A stretch of DNA of 63,186 nt, filler included, from Asterionella formosa (GCA_002256025.1; 4 parts of 4 records of this genome joined end to end with filler, not necessarily neighbours in it); one strand, 5' to 3'; shown: positions 12,916 to 25,501, counted from the whole stretch's first letter. The notes: generated by a model not told the origin, from the sequence alone. Made by a program: numbers and translations.

Positions 12916-13975
12916 AATGATACGTCATACTGAGAATTTTTGGGGCAGTGGGTCTTACAGCAAAACTGTCAGGCCTAATGGTTTTCTTATTTGCAGACGT
13001 TGGCCGGCCACTCAAATATTTTTGGTAAATGGAATAACACAATTCATGATGATAATTTTATTATATGAAGAGAATAACAGTTGTTCCATACACTTTCTAA
13101 GATTGTTACATTTACATTGACCATACAGTAGGATATTTAACGGTTCCGATGATCAAAACAAGCATACCATCATTTTCTCCCTTCATGTCATTGCCACTTC
13201 TTTTGTGGTTGCGCAATCCACGATCAAAGTCAAGTTGCTGTTGTTCTGCTGTTATATCCTATTTCATAAATGCGTTTAGAACAGGTGGTTCGAAGAAAAT
13301 GGGTCCTCATACATCTGCATTTTGCTTCAGATGCTGGCCAAAAAAATTAAAATCAAAAAGTCCGAAAACTTTTTTTGATATGCAGTTGCCAACTTTAATC
13401 TTTCTACCAGTATGTGTATATTTTATACATGGATCTTTAGCTTAGGGGGCAAGCCGCATGGGGGTTCCTGCCAACTCAATTTATGATCAGGATTTGTTAA
13501 CTTTTGGTCCATAGCTGCAGAAAAGAACTTCGGTTTCTTACTATGAAACACATTAAGTCTAAGGAAGAAAAATACTCTGCTATGGACTGCCAGTAAAAGT
13601 CACTTTACCATGCACTGTTGATACACACAAAAAGCTGACCCAAGGCAGCATCAACAAGACCATGTGAAACTGTCAACATGAGACTATATCACAGTAATTC
13701 TGTATAAGGATAATTTGGGGTTTGCAGACATGGTGAAACATTTAAAACTGATGATATAAGTGCACTACCTAAAGTAGTTAACTATTTCGTTTCTCGCGAG
13801 AACAGCCTTGAAAGAAGCTGCATGTAAAACTGATTTCAGTTTTGATAGCTCAGTTTTCGAATCGATCATTTCCCGAATGAAAGGTATGGTGCACAATCTA
13901 TCCTGACGCGACAGCCACGTCGAGCAAGAGTGTACTGGATACGTTTCGAACCAGCGGCCCTTCAAAACCGCATGA

Positions 13976-14512
13976 CTAATCGTTCAGATGAACGATAGTG
14001 TGTTGCTTTTTGGATGGATGCTCCAACACATCATTTCTGTCCATGATGTGATCCTCGCGCCCTCTCTTGACGCCAGTTTTGTCATGTGCCAGCAGGATCT
14101 CACGACTTTTGAGCCCATTCTCAATTTCTGCACCCAGCATCTCCAAAGCGACCTTTCTACGCCGCAAACCTGCCAGCTGACTAAGGGCTTCCCTCAAAAA
14201 TCCCCGAGTGAAACATTCTGGGTTCAATCCATTGGCATGGTCCATAAGATCCAAGAGATCCAACGGGATGGCACATTCCTGAAGTGTTTTGTTGAGAATT
14301 TCATCTCGTTTGACAACTCCTTCCGCTTTCTCGATCGCTTTGACCATTTCTTCTATTGAATCTGTCAATCTGGATGTGGCGTATTCATGCACTGCTTTGT
14401 CGTCACCCTCTGATTCGGGCCATTCCTTCAATATATCTGTTGTATCAGACAATCTTGAAATAAGTTCGTGAAGGCGTTCTTGCAATCCTTTTGCGTCGCC
14501 TCCTTTCGACAT
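13976..14512 (-). CDS. MED10: Mediator complex subunit 10-like
   Basis: Intact 178-aa helical ORF with IPLDLLDLMDHANGLNPECFT, matching the Med10 IPxxxxxxxDxGxNPxxxT motif. Confidence 0.7.
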   Translation of the reverse strand: MSKGGDAKGLQERLHELISRLSDTTDILKEWPESEGDDKAVHEYATSRLTDSIEEMVKAIEKAEGVVKRDEILNKTLQECAIPLDLLDLMDHANGLNPECFTRGFLREALSQLAGLRRRKVALEMLGAEIENGLKSREILLAHDKTGVKRGREDHIMDRNDVLEHPSKKQHTIVHLND

Positions 14513-15744
14513 TGAAGATGGATTCGAGGCAGAGACTATACAAAGATATCTTCAATGGCATAAATGGTCTAATCAAATCGATTGTTAGTTGTACACAGTC
14601 GATGTTAGTGTGGTTGAATGCGGAATTTTATGTTTACACAATTGCTTCTCTAGTCGACATCGTCGTCCCTGCACGATAGATCTCAAAACAAAAAATACAT
14701 ATTAAGAATGTACATCAGGCGGTGTTCACGCTGCCTCAGGCCCGGCCGCTGATTGTATTGGCCGAGACTTTCCAGGCTCTTCATACGGCGGGAGGTCCGA
14801 ACTGACTTCTATATTGTCCGTCCGTCCCTACGGGACAAGCAATAGCCTGAAAAAAGACTAGTTATTTATACCAAGTCTGGACTTGAGTCCAAAGTCTGAC
14901 GCCACCAAGTCAGACTTGATGACAAATAACCACGGTTATTATAGTAGAGCAGTATTAATAACCTGGTTATTATATACCAAGTCAGAAACACTTTACACTA
15001 TTATACAGTGATGAACATCAGTATTGAACAGATTGTCGCTCACCATGATTATAGTCTTACCGGTGATACTACAGTACAGGCACCGGTATGGTAAATCCAA
15101 TATTGTAGTAATTCTATCTTCCATTAAAATCACAAAACCATCATCCCAATCCATTCCTCCTGCTCCGAAGTCGTCATCATCGTGATCGTGCTCATGCTCA
15201 TGCTCATGCTCATGCTCGAGGCATAAATTCACGCCGTGTATCATTTGTCATTGTGGATTCTTTTTAGCAGGAGTGCGATGAGCCTTGGCTTTGCAGAACT
15301 TTTTCAAAAGCGACTGCTGTGAGAGCCACACCTCCTCGTCGTTGCGTTGTTGCTACGCAACCACGTCGTCTTCATGTTATCCTTTGTTGTATCTTTTTGA
15401 ATGCACATTCAAATACAAATGCAAGGAACGTCGGCCTTTTTTGCACTTTGCTACAGATGCTCCACAAGTTTGCAAACATGAACCTTTCCGTTGCAGGCGA
15501 TGACACAAAGGTTTTCAGGCCTGTCAATCGATGAAAATTGGTTGATAATTATGACATACAAAGCGGTTTTGTGACTGCTCATCATCGCATGGCGGCTGCT
15601 CTGAATCCTAGAAGGACAGAGGAGGACATGATATCCTTTCATCATGATGCATGCAAAATGGTACTATTTTGAATCTCTGGCCCAAATTAAACCTGAAACC
15701 GGGTTCAACATTGTATTGACACACTGCACAGCTGAATTTTCTTC

Positions 15745-15844
15745 NNNNNNNNNNNNNNNNNNNNNNNNNNNNNNNNNNNNNNNNNNNNTTAATTAATTAA
15801 NNNNNNNNNNNNNNNNNNNNNNNNNNNNNNNNNNNNNNNNNNNN
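15745..15844. other. Assembly gap with TTAATTAATTAA linker (also 31584-31683 and 47387-47486; plain N gap 27822-27977)
   Basis: N runs flank a 12-mer that has stops in all six frames, which marks an artificial contig join. Confidence 0.95.
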
Positions 15845-15868
15845 TCTCCGACAAGAACACGTGTCGAC

Positions 15869-18800
15869 ATGTCTCCTCCAGCAGAATGGGCTGCCTTGCC
15901 GCCACCACCTCCTCCTCCAGGACCACCTCCTAAACGAAAACCCACCCAAATGACGTTCAAAGTAGGAGCTGCTGTTCCGCCGCCGCCTCCTCCGTTTAGC
16001 AGACAGAAGGAGTTATATCCCTCGATTCTCTCCCTCACAACAACTGAGTCGACGGAACCGTCCCTCAAGTCAGGAGCAAGTATCGTTGAAGAACGACGAC
16101 GGGCGGCCATGGCCATATACGAATCAACAGATGTCGCGGATGAACTTCAGAAGTCGAGTTCTTACTCCTCTTCATACGCTTTACCAACGCCAAGAAATGA
16201 GAACTCTTTGCCTGTTGTGACTTTGCCAACACCATTACTCTCAATCGAAAACACCAATATTAACGATACAACCATTCCTCGAAGCAACAAAACAAGCAAT
16301 GATAAGCGAAATCTTGTTGTCATGGTACTCGAGCCTGTGGATGTGGAAATGACTCGTGATACCAGCACTATTACTCCTAAAACACCCACTGCTGGTCGTG
16401 TTCCTTCCAGCACAAGGACTGTCGTTGATACTCCGCCCAGCAAGTTGCCCCTCCAATTGAATCCCGAAAGCAGCAGAAATTCCACACCCGACAGTAAGAA
16501 AAAGCGTGGCTTCTTCAAAAAGATCCTCAGTGGTCGGAAAAAGGACAAGGACTCGTCCGTTGCTGCTGTAAAGACAAACAGTGGAAACAAGCGCGGAAAG
16601 AATAATGCACCAATGCTTGGTCGACCTCAAAATGCAAAGCCCGGTTCATCATACATGAGCACTCCGCATTCCGCAGAGATTGTTCTGCGGATGACAAGTG
16701 ATACACCATCGCAAGCGACTGCACCGATTTTCGATTTCAAGGAAGATCCTGATCCAGTGCAACTGGCAGTCAGTACAAGTTTCGAGGAAGCACTTCAGAT
16801 GGAAATGATGGTGTCGTTTTCGCCACCTAGATTCGACCATGATGGACAAGAGAACGACAAGTACATCATGGAAGCGGCTAGCACGTTTCCTCTGAACAAT
16901 AGTAGATATATCACAGATGACATTAGTTCGATGACTGAACCAATGGATTTCTTGACGCCTCAACGACAGCCGTACAATGTTGTCAAGAAGATGCAGCCGC
17001 TGAACGAAGAAGAACCAGCTTCGGATCCTTTTGGTCATTACTGGGATGGAGGAAAAGCCGTCAAGACCAAGTTTGACGTCGATCCCTTCGAAGACCCTTT
17101 CTTCAAGGAGATGGAAGAGAGGATGCCCCTATCCCCGGGCGGCATGGTGATTTTAGATCCTCCATTAAACATACTCGATGACACATTCGGCGACTCTGAC
17201 AGCGAGCCAGATGCTCCCCTTCCATCTCCGTCTCCATCGTCACATCAGTCATTTGAAAGTATTACGCATGGTATTTATCTTGCAAAGGAGCAACCTACGA
17301 TGGGACTTGTCAACGAGGACAGTCCAAATCCCCCTCCTCCACCATCTCGAGGAGTAGAAGATTTTGCCATCTCTGCGACTCAATCTGAGGAACAATATTT
17401 GCTTCAATTGCCTTTAGCGTATAGTCCACCCGCAGATGAAAGAGTGACTATTAAGAAAAAGTCCAGCTACGAAGATGTAATTCGTAAGAAGCAGGAACAC
17501 AGGAAAGCACACAAAGATCAGACGATCCAAAAACCACTGTCGAACGACAGTGCCATTGAAAACACTAATCATCCTTCCACGAAAAATCTGGCAAGTTCAA
17601 ATCCAATTTGGTTAGAGGCAAGCCATGTTCCAGTTCCACCAAAACAGGAGGGACGTGGTGGAGATGCGGTGACTATGAAGCGACGACCTAGTATCGACAA
17701 AATAATTCGCATGTCGAAGGAGCACAGAGATGCCCACAAAGTGCAGTCGATGCATAGACATCCATCAAATGAGACAAAAATCGATCTGTCCCGCCCTTTC
17801 ACAAAGGAGTCAAACGCATATATCCACAGTCAAGTGAAAAGCGACGAGCACGAGAAATTTCCAAGCACTGATCACTCTCACACCCTTCATGGAGTGCACT
17901 CATCGGCGACAACGGTAAAAGCGCTTGCCTACATTCGCAAAACGAGCAACAGACAATCTCCATCCCGATTTCATTCTTATGCGAGCAAGACTGAGTCAGC
18001 TGAATCTGGAACCCAACCAGTTATCGGTGACCTTCGACGAAGCTGTCCTTCCCCAAACTCTCCCGCCAAGCCTTTGATCAACAAAGATTCGACGAACAAT
18101 CTCATGGCCAAGTTTGCAAAGCAACGACGCAAACCTGTATTGGTGACTGATGCATCGTCCACTTCATATGCCAATAGTAGAGCTAACGGATTTCCCTCAG
18201 CGTTTTCGAGTCACACTACGTCTCGTTTAGCAAGGACGACCAAATCTAACGAATTGTCCCCAACTTTAAGTACAACAAAGGAATACCGTCCATTGATAGT
18301 TGACCATATCAATGTGGTAAAGGGCGTTGCTGCGAAGGCGAAAAAACGTCACAATCTCATTGAAAGGGGAGTTTCAACTAAAGTAGTCCCTGCTCCATCC
18401 AAAATTAAGCCATGTACCTATTCCGAACAACTGAGGGAAGCAGACATGGATCCGATTCAGCGTGCAGGCTTTCGATTGTTGTCGAAGGCTGCTGTGCCGA
18501 TCCAGAGTGGTATTCGTCGTTACTTGAGCCAAAAGGCAGCTGTTGATCGGATGTGGGCTATTATTGAGGTACAGTCGTACTTTCGTCGTTGGAGATGCGA
18601 GGCATTCCTCATTGCTCACATTTCTTCGGTGACGACAATTGCGGCGACTTTCCGTGGCTGGAAAGCTCGTGATGCTCTAGACGGAAAGCATTACTGCGCA
18701 ATTGAAATCCAAAAAATTGTGCGAGGATATCTCGCGGCGTGCAAGGTATATGATGACTTGTACAGAGTCGTTGTCATTCAAAGTGCCTTTCGCGGAATGA

Positions 18801-20746
18801 TCGGTCGTAAAGAAGCTTCTCAGAAGCTCCGATTCATTGTTATGATACAATCATTGTATCGTTCCTTCCAAAGCAGGCAGCTTGTCAAAGCGTTTCATAC
18901 TTCTGCAACTGCAATTCAATCTCGATACAGATCGTATTCGGCTCAGCTGCATTTCCAGTTCGATGTTGTCGACATAATTATCGTCCAAAGCCTTGCTCGA
19001 CGCTGGCGAGCACAGAAGCAATCATTCCAAATGAAAATAATTATCCGAACCAAAGCCGCCACAACAATCCAGGCCGGTTGGAGGGGGTTCAAGGCCTATA
19101 CAGACTTTATCTTCGCAATCGCTGATGTTCTGGTCGTTCAACGAACAGTCCGAAAGTGGCTAGCTATTAAAACATCTCAGGGCATGCGAGAGAAGAGATC
19201 AGCAACGCTGATTCAAAGCCAGTGGAGACGATACACTGACCAAATGTCAGCGCTCTATAAGTTGATCCATATTATAATTGCCCAAAGCATCATCCGACGA
19301 CACATAGCATGTGAACGAGTAAAACAGATTCGAATAAAAATGAGCTGCGAGGAAGTCGCGAGTGTAAAGATCCAAGCTGCCTGGCGTAAGTTCTGGCAAT
19401 ACTCTCACTACCTTATCTTGCAGTATGAAATTGTGCGCGTCCAAGCTTTGTTTCGCGGGCATCGTTCCAGAATCACTGCTCGACTACAGCTCGGTTGCGC
19501 AATTATTATCCAAGCTGCCGTCAGGAGATTTCTCGCCGTGAAGACTGTGGACGAGCTGAAATTTTCGAACGTCCTTGTAGCATCGGCTTCAGTTGGCATG
19601 CGCGAGAACATTGCTAGTCGGAACATTGCGAAAGGGTTGAGACATTTCCTGCTACTCCGGCGCCAGGATCAGGCTGCTAGGATAATCGAAAAATTCTTTA
19701 TTCGGGTGAAAGAAGAGGTCGATCGAGAAGTTCGGCGACAAGAGAAGAAAAAAGCCACTAAGAAGAAACGACAAAAGAAAGAAGCAGACGAGAAGCTGCT
19801 TGAACGAGTTTGGCTCAATACAGTTGATGACGATGCACAACCTACGCAATTCCAAGAAATGCAACGCAGCAAAAGTACACCGCGTGGCGGGACGGGCCAA
19901 ATGGAAGACCCCAGATGGAGACGTGTCAACAACTACGAGAATGGATATGGTCATGCTGTCATTCACCGTGCTCCCGTTGGCCCACCAACACTCGCGGTTA
20001 ATGTCCGTCATGCTGATGATGTAAGTGAACTGTCTGCTCCTTCTATTGTCCATCATCAAGCTACTGCGCTGTCTCGCTACACCACATTAAGCCGCAAGGA
20101 GATGAGTGACGACTTGAGTCTAGAAGAAGCGTGGATTGATACAGAGATTCGCCAAGTGAAAGAGAGACGCCGCACAGAGGACGAATATATGCAACGAAAT
20201 GGGCTTCAGTATCACAATTCTTACCATGGAAACCTAAACCACAGACAATATCATGCTGACGGACAACACATGAAAAAAGGAGATCCACGGCATCACACAA
20301 GTACGATGCGCCACGAGCATCCGTCGTTCCAGGCCAGTAAACTCAGAGACCACTCTCCTCGAGTTTCACGAAGTGGAGAATATATCAGGCAGCCCCATAC
20401 ATTTGATTCCTCCACAAGAAAGAATGCAAGCCAACGCACATCTGCCACCCAGAGATACTATAGTCCGGGAGAGAAACGCCACAGCAATAATAATTACTCA
20501 GAATCTCCTGTTGCTCGAAAAGCAGCTGGTGTCCACCATGGTTTGGGTGGAGAGGGCTATCATTACCCGGAAAATGTGCATAACTCACTTCACCCAATTC
20601 ATTACCAATCCAATGATACCCCCTTTCTGCAACATAGATCGCCAGCGAGACCAAGAAGCCGAGGACGGTCAGTATCTCATGAAATGTATTCTGGAGAGTA
20701 CGCCTCCCATGGTCAGGACTCACGAACCGGTTATCATCGACCTTAA
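15869..20746 (+). CDS. Large IQ-motif (calmodulin-binding) repeat protein, ASPM-like central region; 5' end next to a gap
   Basis: 1625-aa ORF with Pro-rich and disordered termini and a central run of many IQxxxRG/R motifs (IQSGIRRY, IQKIVRGY, IQSAFRGM, IQAGWRGF, IQAAWRKF and others). Confidence 0.85.
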   Translation: MSPPAEWAALPPPPPPPGPPPKRKPTQMTFKVGAAVPPPPPPFSRQKELYPSILSLTTTESTEPSLKSGASIVEERRRAAMAIYESTDVADELQKSSSYSSSYALPTPRNENSLPVVTLPTPLLSIENTNINDTTIPRSNKTSNDKRNLVVMVLEPVDVEMTRDTSTITPKTPTAGRVPSSTRTVVDTPPSKLPLQLNPESSRNSTPDSKKKRGFFKKILSGRKKDKDSSVAAVKTNSGNKRGKNNAPMLGRPQNAKPGSSYMSTPHSAEIVLRMTSDTPSQATAPIFDFKEDPDPVQLAVSTSFEEALQMEMMVSFSPPRFDHDGQENDKYIMEAASTFPLNNSRYITDDISSMTEPMDFLTPQRQPYNVVKKMQPLNEEEPASDPFGHYWDGGKAVKTKFDVDPFEDPFFKEMEERMPLSPGGMVILDPPLNILDDTFGDSDSEPDAPLPSPSPSSHQSFESITHGIYLAKEQPTMGLVNEDSPNPPPPPSRGVEDFAISATQSEEQYLLQLPLAYSPPADERVTIKKKSSYEDVIRKKQEHRKAHKDQTIQKPLSNDSAIENTNHPSTKNLASSNPIWLEASHVPVPPKQEGRGGDAVTMKRRPSIDKIIRMSKEHRDAHKVQSMHRHPSNETKIDLSRPFTKESNAYIHSQVKSDEHEKFPSTDHSHTLHGVHSSATTVKALAYIRKTSNRQSPSRFHSYASKTESAESGTQPVIGDLRRSCPSPNSPAKPLINKDSTNNLMAKFAKQRRKPVLVTDASSTSYANSRANGFPSAFSSHTTSRLARTTKSNELSPTLSTTKEYRPLIVDHINVVKGVAAKAKKRHNLIERGVSTKVVPAPSKIKPCTYSEQLREADMDPIQRAGFRLLSKAAVPIQSGIRRYLSQKAAVDRMWAIIEVQSYFRRWRCEAFLIAHISSVTTIAATFRGWKARDALDGKHYCAIEIQKIVRGYLAACKVYDDLYRVVVIQSAFRGMIGRKEASQKLRFIVMIQSLYRSFQSRQLVKAFHTSATAIQSRYRSYSAQLHFQFDVVDIIIVQSLARRWRAQKQSFQMKIIIRTKAATTIQAGWRGFKAYTDFIFAIADVLVVQRTVRKWLAIKTSQGMREKRSATLIQSQWRRYTDQMSALYKLIHIIIAQSIIRRHIACERVKQIRIKMSCEEVASVKIQAAWRKFWQYSHYLILQYEIVRVQALFRGHRSRITARLQLGCAIIIQAAVRRFLAVKTVDELKFSNVLVASASVGMRENIASRNIAKGLRHFLLLRRQDQAARIIEKFFIRVKEEVDREVRRQEKKKATKKKRQKKEADEKLLERVWLNTVDDDAQPTQFQEMQRSKSTPRGGTGQMEDPRWRRVNNYENGYGHAVIHRAPVGPPTLAVNVRHADDVSELSAPSIVHHQATALSRYTTLSRKEMSDDLSLEEAWIDTEIRQVKERRRTEDEYMQRNGLQYHNSYHGNLNHRQYHADGQHMKKGDPRHHTSTMRHEHPSFQASKLRDHSPRVSRSGEYIRQPHTFDSSTRKNASQRTSATQRYYSPGEKRHSNNNYSESPVARKAAGVHHGLGGEGYHYPENVHNSLHPIHYQSNDTPFLQHRSPARPRSRGRSVSHEMYSGEYASHGQDSRTGYHRP

Positions 20747-20936
20747 CTAATTTTCCTGCACTTTCTCTTCCATAATTAACACATCCATGGGTGGGTGCTG
20801 GGTGGAATGGAGAGATTAGAAGGGATGAGAAATATGGCTCCAAACTTGGCATCCATTAATAGGGATAAATATAGAATTTAGTGAAAATTGCAATAGTGAT
20901 ATGGCATAATGAGTATTTTTTCATTATGTTGATCTT

Positions 20937-21770
20937 GAAGCAATTCCCGCTCCAGCTATTATTGTCTTGCCATTTGGGTGCTTCTAAGTAATTTTTATGC
21001 TCTAAGTAATTTCTTAAGCAATTTTTATTTAGGGGCCATATAGGGCACATTTTTCGGCATAAAAAAAATTGCAGATTTTAGCATGACATCCAGAATAACA
21101 GTAGTGTATTACATAGAAATGGTAAAACAAGCATCAAACACACGAGAATGATTGTAACATGCAATATCAATGAAAATTGAACATGATGTTTGGAGCAACC
21201 AAAGTATGTTATGCAATGTAATAAGTAGCGTCAAATGAGAAATAGAAAATATTGTTTTGGTTTGGAAAAAAAGAGAAATATGAGTTTTAGTGGAAACGTA
21301 TGCATTGTTGTAGTTGTACTTACACAGGCAACATTGACTTTGTTTCATCACACAATCGAAAAGCAAGATCATACAGAAAAGAAGAAAAAAGCTGAACCCA
21401 ATTGAGATCTGCATCATTATGTAGTGTAGATGATCTCCTGGTTGCTGCAACCATGGACATAGCTGTAGTAGCCTGACACAAGTCCAAGCAGGAGTGCTTC
21501 TGCCCACAGTTATTCCTCTCAGCAAACAACCCTGATCATTCTATTCCATTCCATTCTGAGTGAGAGTGATCGCCAGACTGCTCCAGCACAATCAACTCCC
21601 TCTAGCTGAATATTGATAGGTGGAAGTCGTAATAGAAAGGTAACAAAGCATGTTAGAACAAGAAAAGCATTGCTTGGCGGCAATCTTGACATCATGGTCA
21701 ATGACTATACAAATCAACAAATAAGATCAACAATGGCACAATACATCTTCAAAGATTAGGCATTGATACA
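20937..21770 (-). repeat. Dispersed about 0.8-kb repeat (inverted copy of 59452-60225)
   Basis: Reverse complement matches, for example GATTTGTATAGTCATTGACCATG, GCTGGAGCAGTCTGG and GCCCCTAAATAAAAATT. Confidence 0.85.
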
Positions 21771-24700
21771 TAAATCGTAGAGACTATTGAACCAAAACAA
21801 CAGTACAGTATGACAAAAATCAATGAATTTTTTATAGTACATTAAAGCTATCCAATAATTGCACTTGTGCCCACTTGCTTGAATGGAAACAATTAGTACC
21901 GGTTTTTTTCGTCCGTACAGTTCAACGGGACCTGTCTCTTTGTCAGCCTATGAATATGTGAAGCAAACAATTTAAAATGCTAGTCTTTTAAAGATAATAC
22001 CAATTCTACAGCATGTATATTATAACATCATGTTCAAAGTAAGCGATAAAGTTTAGCTTAAAGAATATGACTAGAATATCCGTTAAGCACATAAATGACT
22101 GAAGCAAAAACTTGCCACCATTATCTGATACATTGGAATCATCATTTGTCCGAAGAATTTTGTATGATGCGTCTACATGAATCCCACGAGGAGACAAGCA
22201 ATCCAATAACAAAGTGCATCCGATTGACAATGAACCTCCACTGGCGTCATCAATGGACTTATTTCGCTTCAGTCTAGGCATGATGAACGATGATCAGCAT
22301 GGTGAAAGGTGAACTGCCAGAGTCACTTTTCAGGAAAAGAACAGAAATGAGGTGAATACTAAATATATTTTCATCAAATCCATAAGTAGACCCCTTGCCA
22401 ATTTTAGCAATTTCAGGGATGCAAAATTGAGGGTCAATTGGCATAAATCATTGTCTTGCCGAAATGCTAACATATGAAACATACAATCAATTATTTGAAG
22501 ATGAGCAATATCAGACCTTTGGCAAGATTCGATGAGAATATCGGAAATAAAGAAAAAAAATATTATATTTAATGGGCAATAGCAACCTAAAAATGACATT
22601 ATTGCTTTAGTACTTGTGGGCAGTAGGTAAGCAAATGTTGTGATGATAGTTAGTTTGTGAATTGTCTCAACAGTTCCCTTCCCAGTGGCTACTTGCCTTC
22701 TCATAAACATGTGTACTTGGCTGGGATGGCACTCATAGGGTGACTTTCTTGCAGTGCTGGGGGCGCCACTCATATGGTCAACCTACTTGCGCCACCCAGC
22801 CTTGAACACATGTATGCTCACAGGCAAGAGACCACCTCAGGCACGCCTTGCCTTAAGCAAAAACCAAACAAAACAGAACTTTGTTATTATACTTTGTATT
22901 CTCGTTTTTGCAATTAGAAGAATTCCGCTATTTATTTCGCTGAATCGTGCTGTGAATACCGGTAGAAGATGTGCTTTAGAACTATGTATGAAATATATGA
23001 TATAGAGTGTTACTGTCCGGTAACACGTTCTCGGTTTCAGGAAAATGACCGCAGCTTGCAGGTACAGAAACCTGATGCGGTCATTTTGCTTCAATAAAAA
23101 ATTTAAATTGGGAGAAAGACAGCTAAATCCTCAGTTCAACAAAATTACCGCAACTTGCAGGTACCTGCTACCAGGGTACCAGGTAGACATCACATGGTAG
23201 CTGGTATACAAATATATTTTGGTATAACTAAACTGTCTATGAATTTTGCATTGTTCGTCCAAGTACCTAAAACCCTGGTACTCAGAGGACCTGTTACATA
23301 CATACCGGTATAGTAGTCCCGAAATTCTACCAAGGTAGTATTTTCTGGTAGGCCTTGGTAGTCTTTTACTGAGGACGGAAAATACCTTCGAGGTATTGGC
23401 AAATATTTACGTGGTCAGTATGAGGTATGTAACAGCTCAAAATTCTACCGGGTAGAATTTTTGTTAGAATTTTTCATCTCGTTGGACATGACAGCACCAT
23501 CTACAGTTGGAAGTAGTGTGAATGTTGAGAGGAAAATTCAACAATAACAAGCAGGCAACGATTTGCAATTAGAGTTGGACCTCATTATGGTTCTGGTCTA
23601 CAAGCAACTGTATGTAGTCCCAGCAAGGCTCCAAAATCGCAAGGACTTTGTGTGTGAAGTTGGAATTGCGGCAGAGAGAAAGTCAGCCAGGCTATTTACA
23701 AGGCTTGAGAGGGGGAGGAATAAATGATTTTATTATTGGGTAAGTTACAGAGCAGATTACCGGTAGTTGTGGTTACAGTGCTCATACAATGATCAACAGA
23801 ATATGTGAGGCATATTGTCAAGAACTTTCAGTGACCCAAATTTTCAACAAAATGCTTATTGATTAATGCACTGGTGGAAATCCACAGCTACATATTTAGT
23901 TTATTATTACCACATTAACTAGCATGCACATTTTTACATTCTCATTGTTTCCATTTAATGTCATTCATTTGATTTGATTTACCGGTGTTAATAGGTATGA
24001 TTGTAGGAGTACCATAGCTAGTATGATAGCCAACACAAAATTAATGATCTCTGTACATATACATATATTGCATTGCACCACGAAGTACCTGGTACCTGGT
24101 ACCTGGTACCTGTAATGAGTGAAGGTACCAGGTACACTGGTGCCTGATGGTTGTGCTGATGAGCGATATGCAAAGATTCATGATCAGGTAGTGGCTTTGT
24201 ACACGGTACTAGTAAATTACTAGTGTACTAGCTTCCACTACGGGTAGCATTCTCTGTCCAATAAAAAGTGAATACGTATACCGGTACATAATAAATAGAG
24301 GACACCAGTCGCTGTATAGCTACTTCTTGAAAAGGTCATTGGCTCCCCTGGAGGGGTCATTCGTTCCCGGATCAAGATGTCGTCAATTGTTCATATACCG
24401 GTATCCACGAAACTGCATTGATGGTCTGTTTTGTCAAGCTAAGGTCAACAACATCCATACCAATCTTCCAGAATACGAGTATAAATGACACCTGTGTAGA
24501 GATGGTCAATCACCATCACACTTAGTGGCGTTTAAACTGTGTTGAAGCTAAACCCGTTTCTTTGCGGTATTGGATTTTCTACACATTTCTGTTCTCAATA
24601 GCTGGATTGAGTGAAGGACACACACATAAAAAGTGCAAAAGTCATTGATCAAGAAATGCCTTTAGCTTCAACATGAAATTTAACTTGGTACTTTTGTATT

Positions 24701-24799
24701 CGACAGTCGTTTCCCTTTTCCCCGAATTTGTATAGCGGGAAACGGCTCATTCTGTCTTCCTTGGCCCATACTTTCGGCTCAATCCGATTTATCGCTACA

Positions 24800-25501
24800 A
24801 TGAACGCACTCGCAGCCGCCATCCAATACAACAACATTGGAGTTACCCTCCTTGAGTCCGGTCACCACGAAGTAGGACTTGAGGTCTTTCGAGGATCGGC
24901 CGAACTCATGTACACTGCAACTAACGCAAGAAACCACGTATCATCGCAAACTAATACAGCGTCAGAGGACGAAAAGATCATGCAGGTGAAGGCAAAGCTC
25001 CAACTCACTCATATCACATCACTGACGAAAGCAAAGAAAATTGATTCTCAAATAGAAATTGATTGCTTTTTATACCATACAGGCATCCGATTGACGCCTC
25101 CTCCGAGCGAAGGACAGCCTATTTACAGTTGTGCCTTGGAATCTGCCACAGTTCTATTCAATATGGCACTGGCGTACCATCTCGGAAGTCCTCAACCACA
25201 CCAGATCTGTCCTTCTCTGCACAATGCCTTGACTCTTTACGACATGGCTTACAAAGTGGCCACGCGCGTCGGCACCCAACCTGAATCACAGCTAGTAATT
25301 TGCGCATCACTGAACAACCTGGGTCAATTACATCACGAGCTTGGACAATACAGCACCTCCAGAAAAAATCTAGACAACCTTTCTTCCTATATTGTTTCCT
25401 TGGATCCCCATGCAGCCGATAATAAATCAATAATTGAAAGGAGACAGTTTCTTCTTAATGCCATGATGCTTCACAAACCAAGAGGTGCCCCTGCAGCATA
25501 G
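24800..25501 (+). CDS. TPR-like helical-repeat hypothetical protein
   Basis: Intact ORF from ATG 24800 with YNNIGVTLLESG, SATVLFNMALAYHL and LNNLGQLHHELG TPR-like helices, a pattern common in diatom gene families. Confidence 0.75.
   Translation: MNALAAAIQYNNIGVTLLESGHHEVGLEVFRGSAELMYTATNARNHVSSQTNTASEDEKIMQVKAKLQLTHITSLTKAKKIDSQIEIDCFLYHTGIRLTPPPSEGQPIYSCALESATVLFNMALAYHLGSPQPHQICPSLHNALTLYDMAYKVATRVGTQPESQLVICASLNNLGQLHHELGQYSTSRKNLDNLSSYIVSLDPHAADNKSIIERRQFLLNAMMLHKPRGAPAA

Larger units (their letters stand above)
8912..12999. mobile_element. TIR DNA transposon, CGTCTG-end family, copy 1 (non-autonomous, decayed)
   Basis: Left end TGTCTGTGAATAGATTTTCCATTAG versus reverse complement of the right end CGTCTGCAAATAAGAAAACCATTAG. 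TT flanks both ends (8910-8911, 13000-13001). Subterminal AAAAAACTGATTGATCATTCAAA is present at both ends in inverted orientation. Confidence 0.6.

Noticed and set aside
12930..12950. CACTG-like (CACTA-superfamily) terminus on the minus strand
   Set aside because: No partner end was found; it lies inside the better supported 8912-12999 element.
14993..15244. HEHEHE/poly-Asp ORF
   Set aside because: Driven by a (TGCTCA)n microsatellite; no coding evidence.
15789..15800. TTAATTAATTAA palindrome between N runs (three occurrences)
   Set aside because: Artificial six-frame-stop scaffold linker, not biology.
22006..22281. ORF containing IHVDASYKIL, similar to a MULE first-Asp motif
   Set aside because: The surrounding sequence lacks other MULE features; may be chance.
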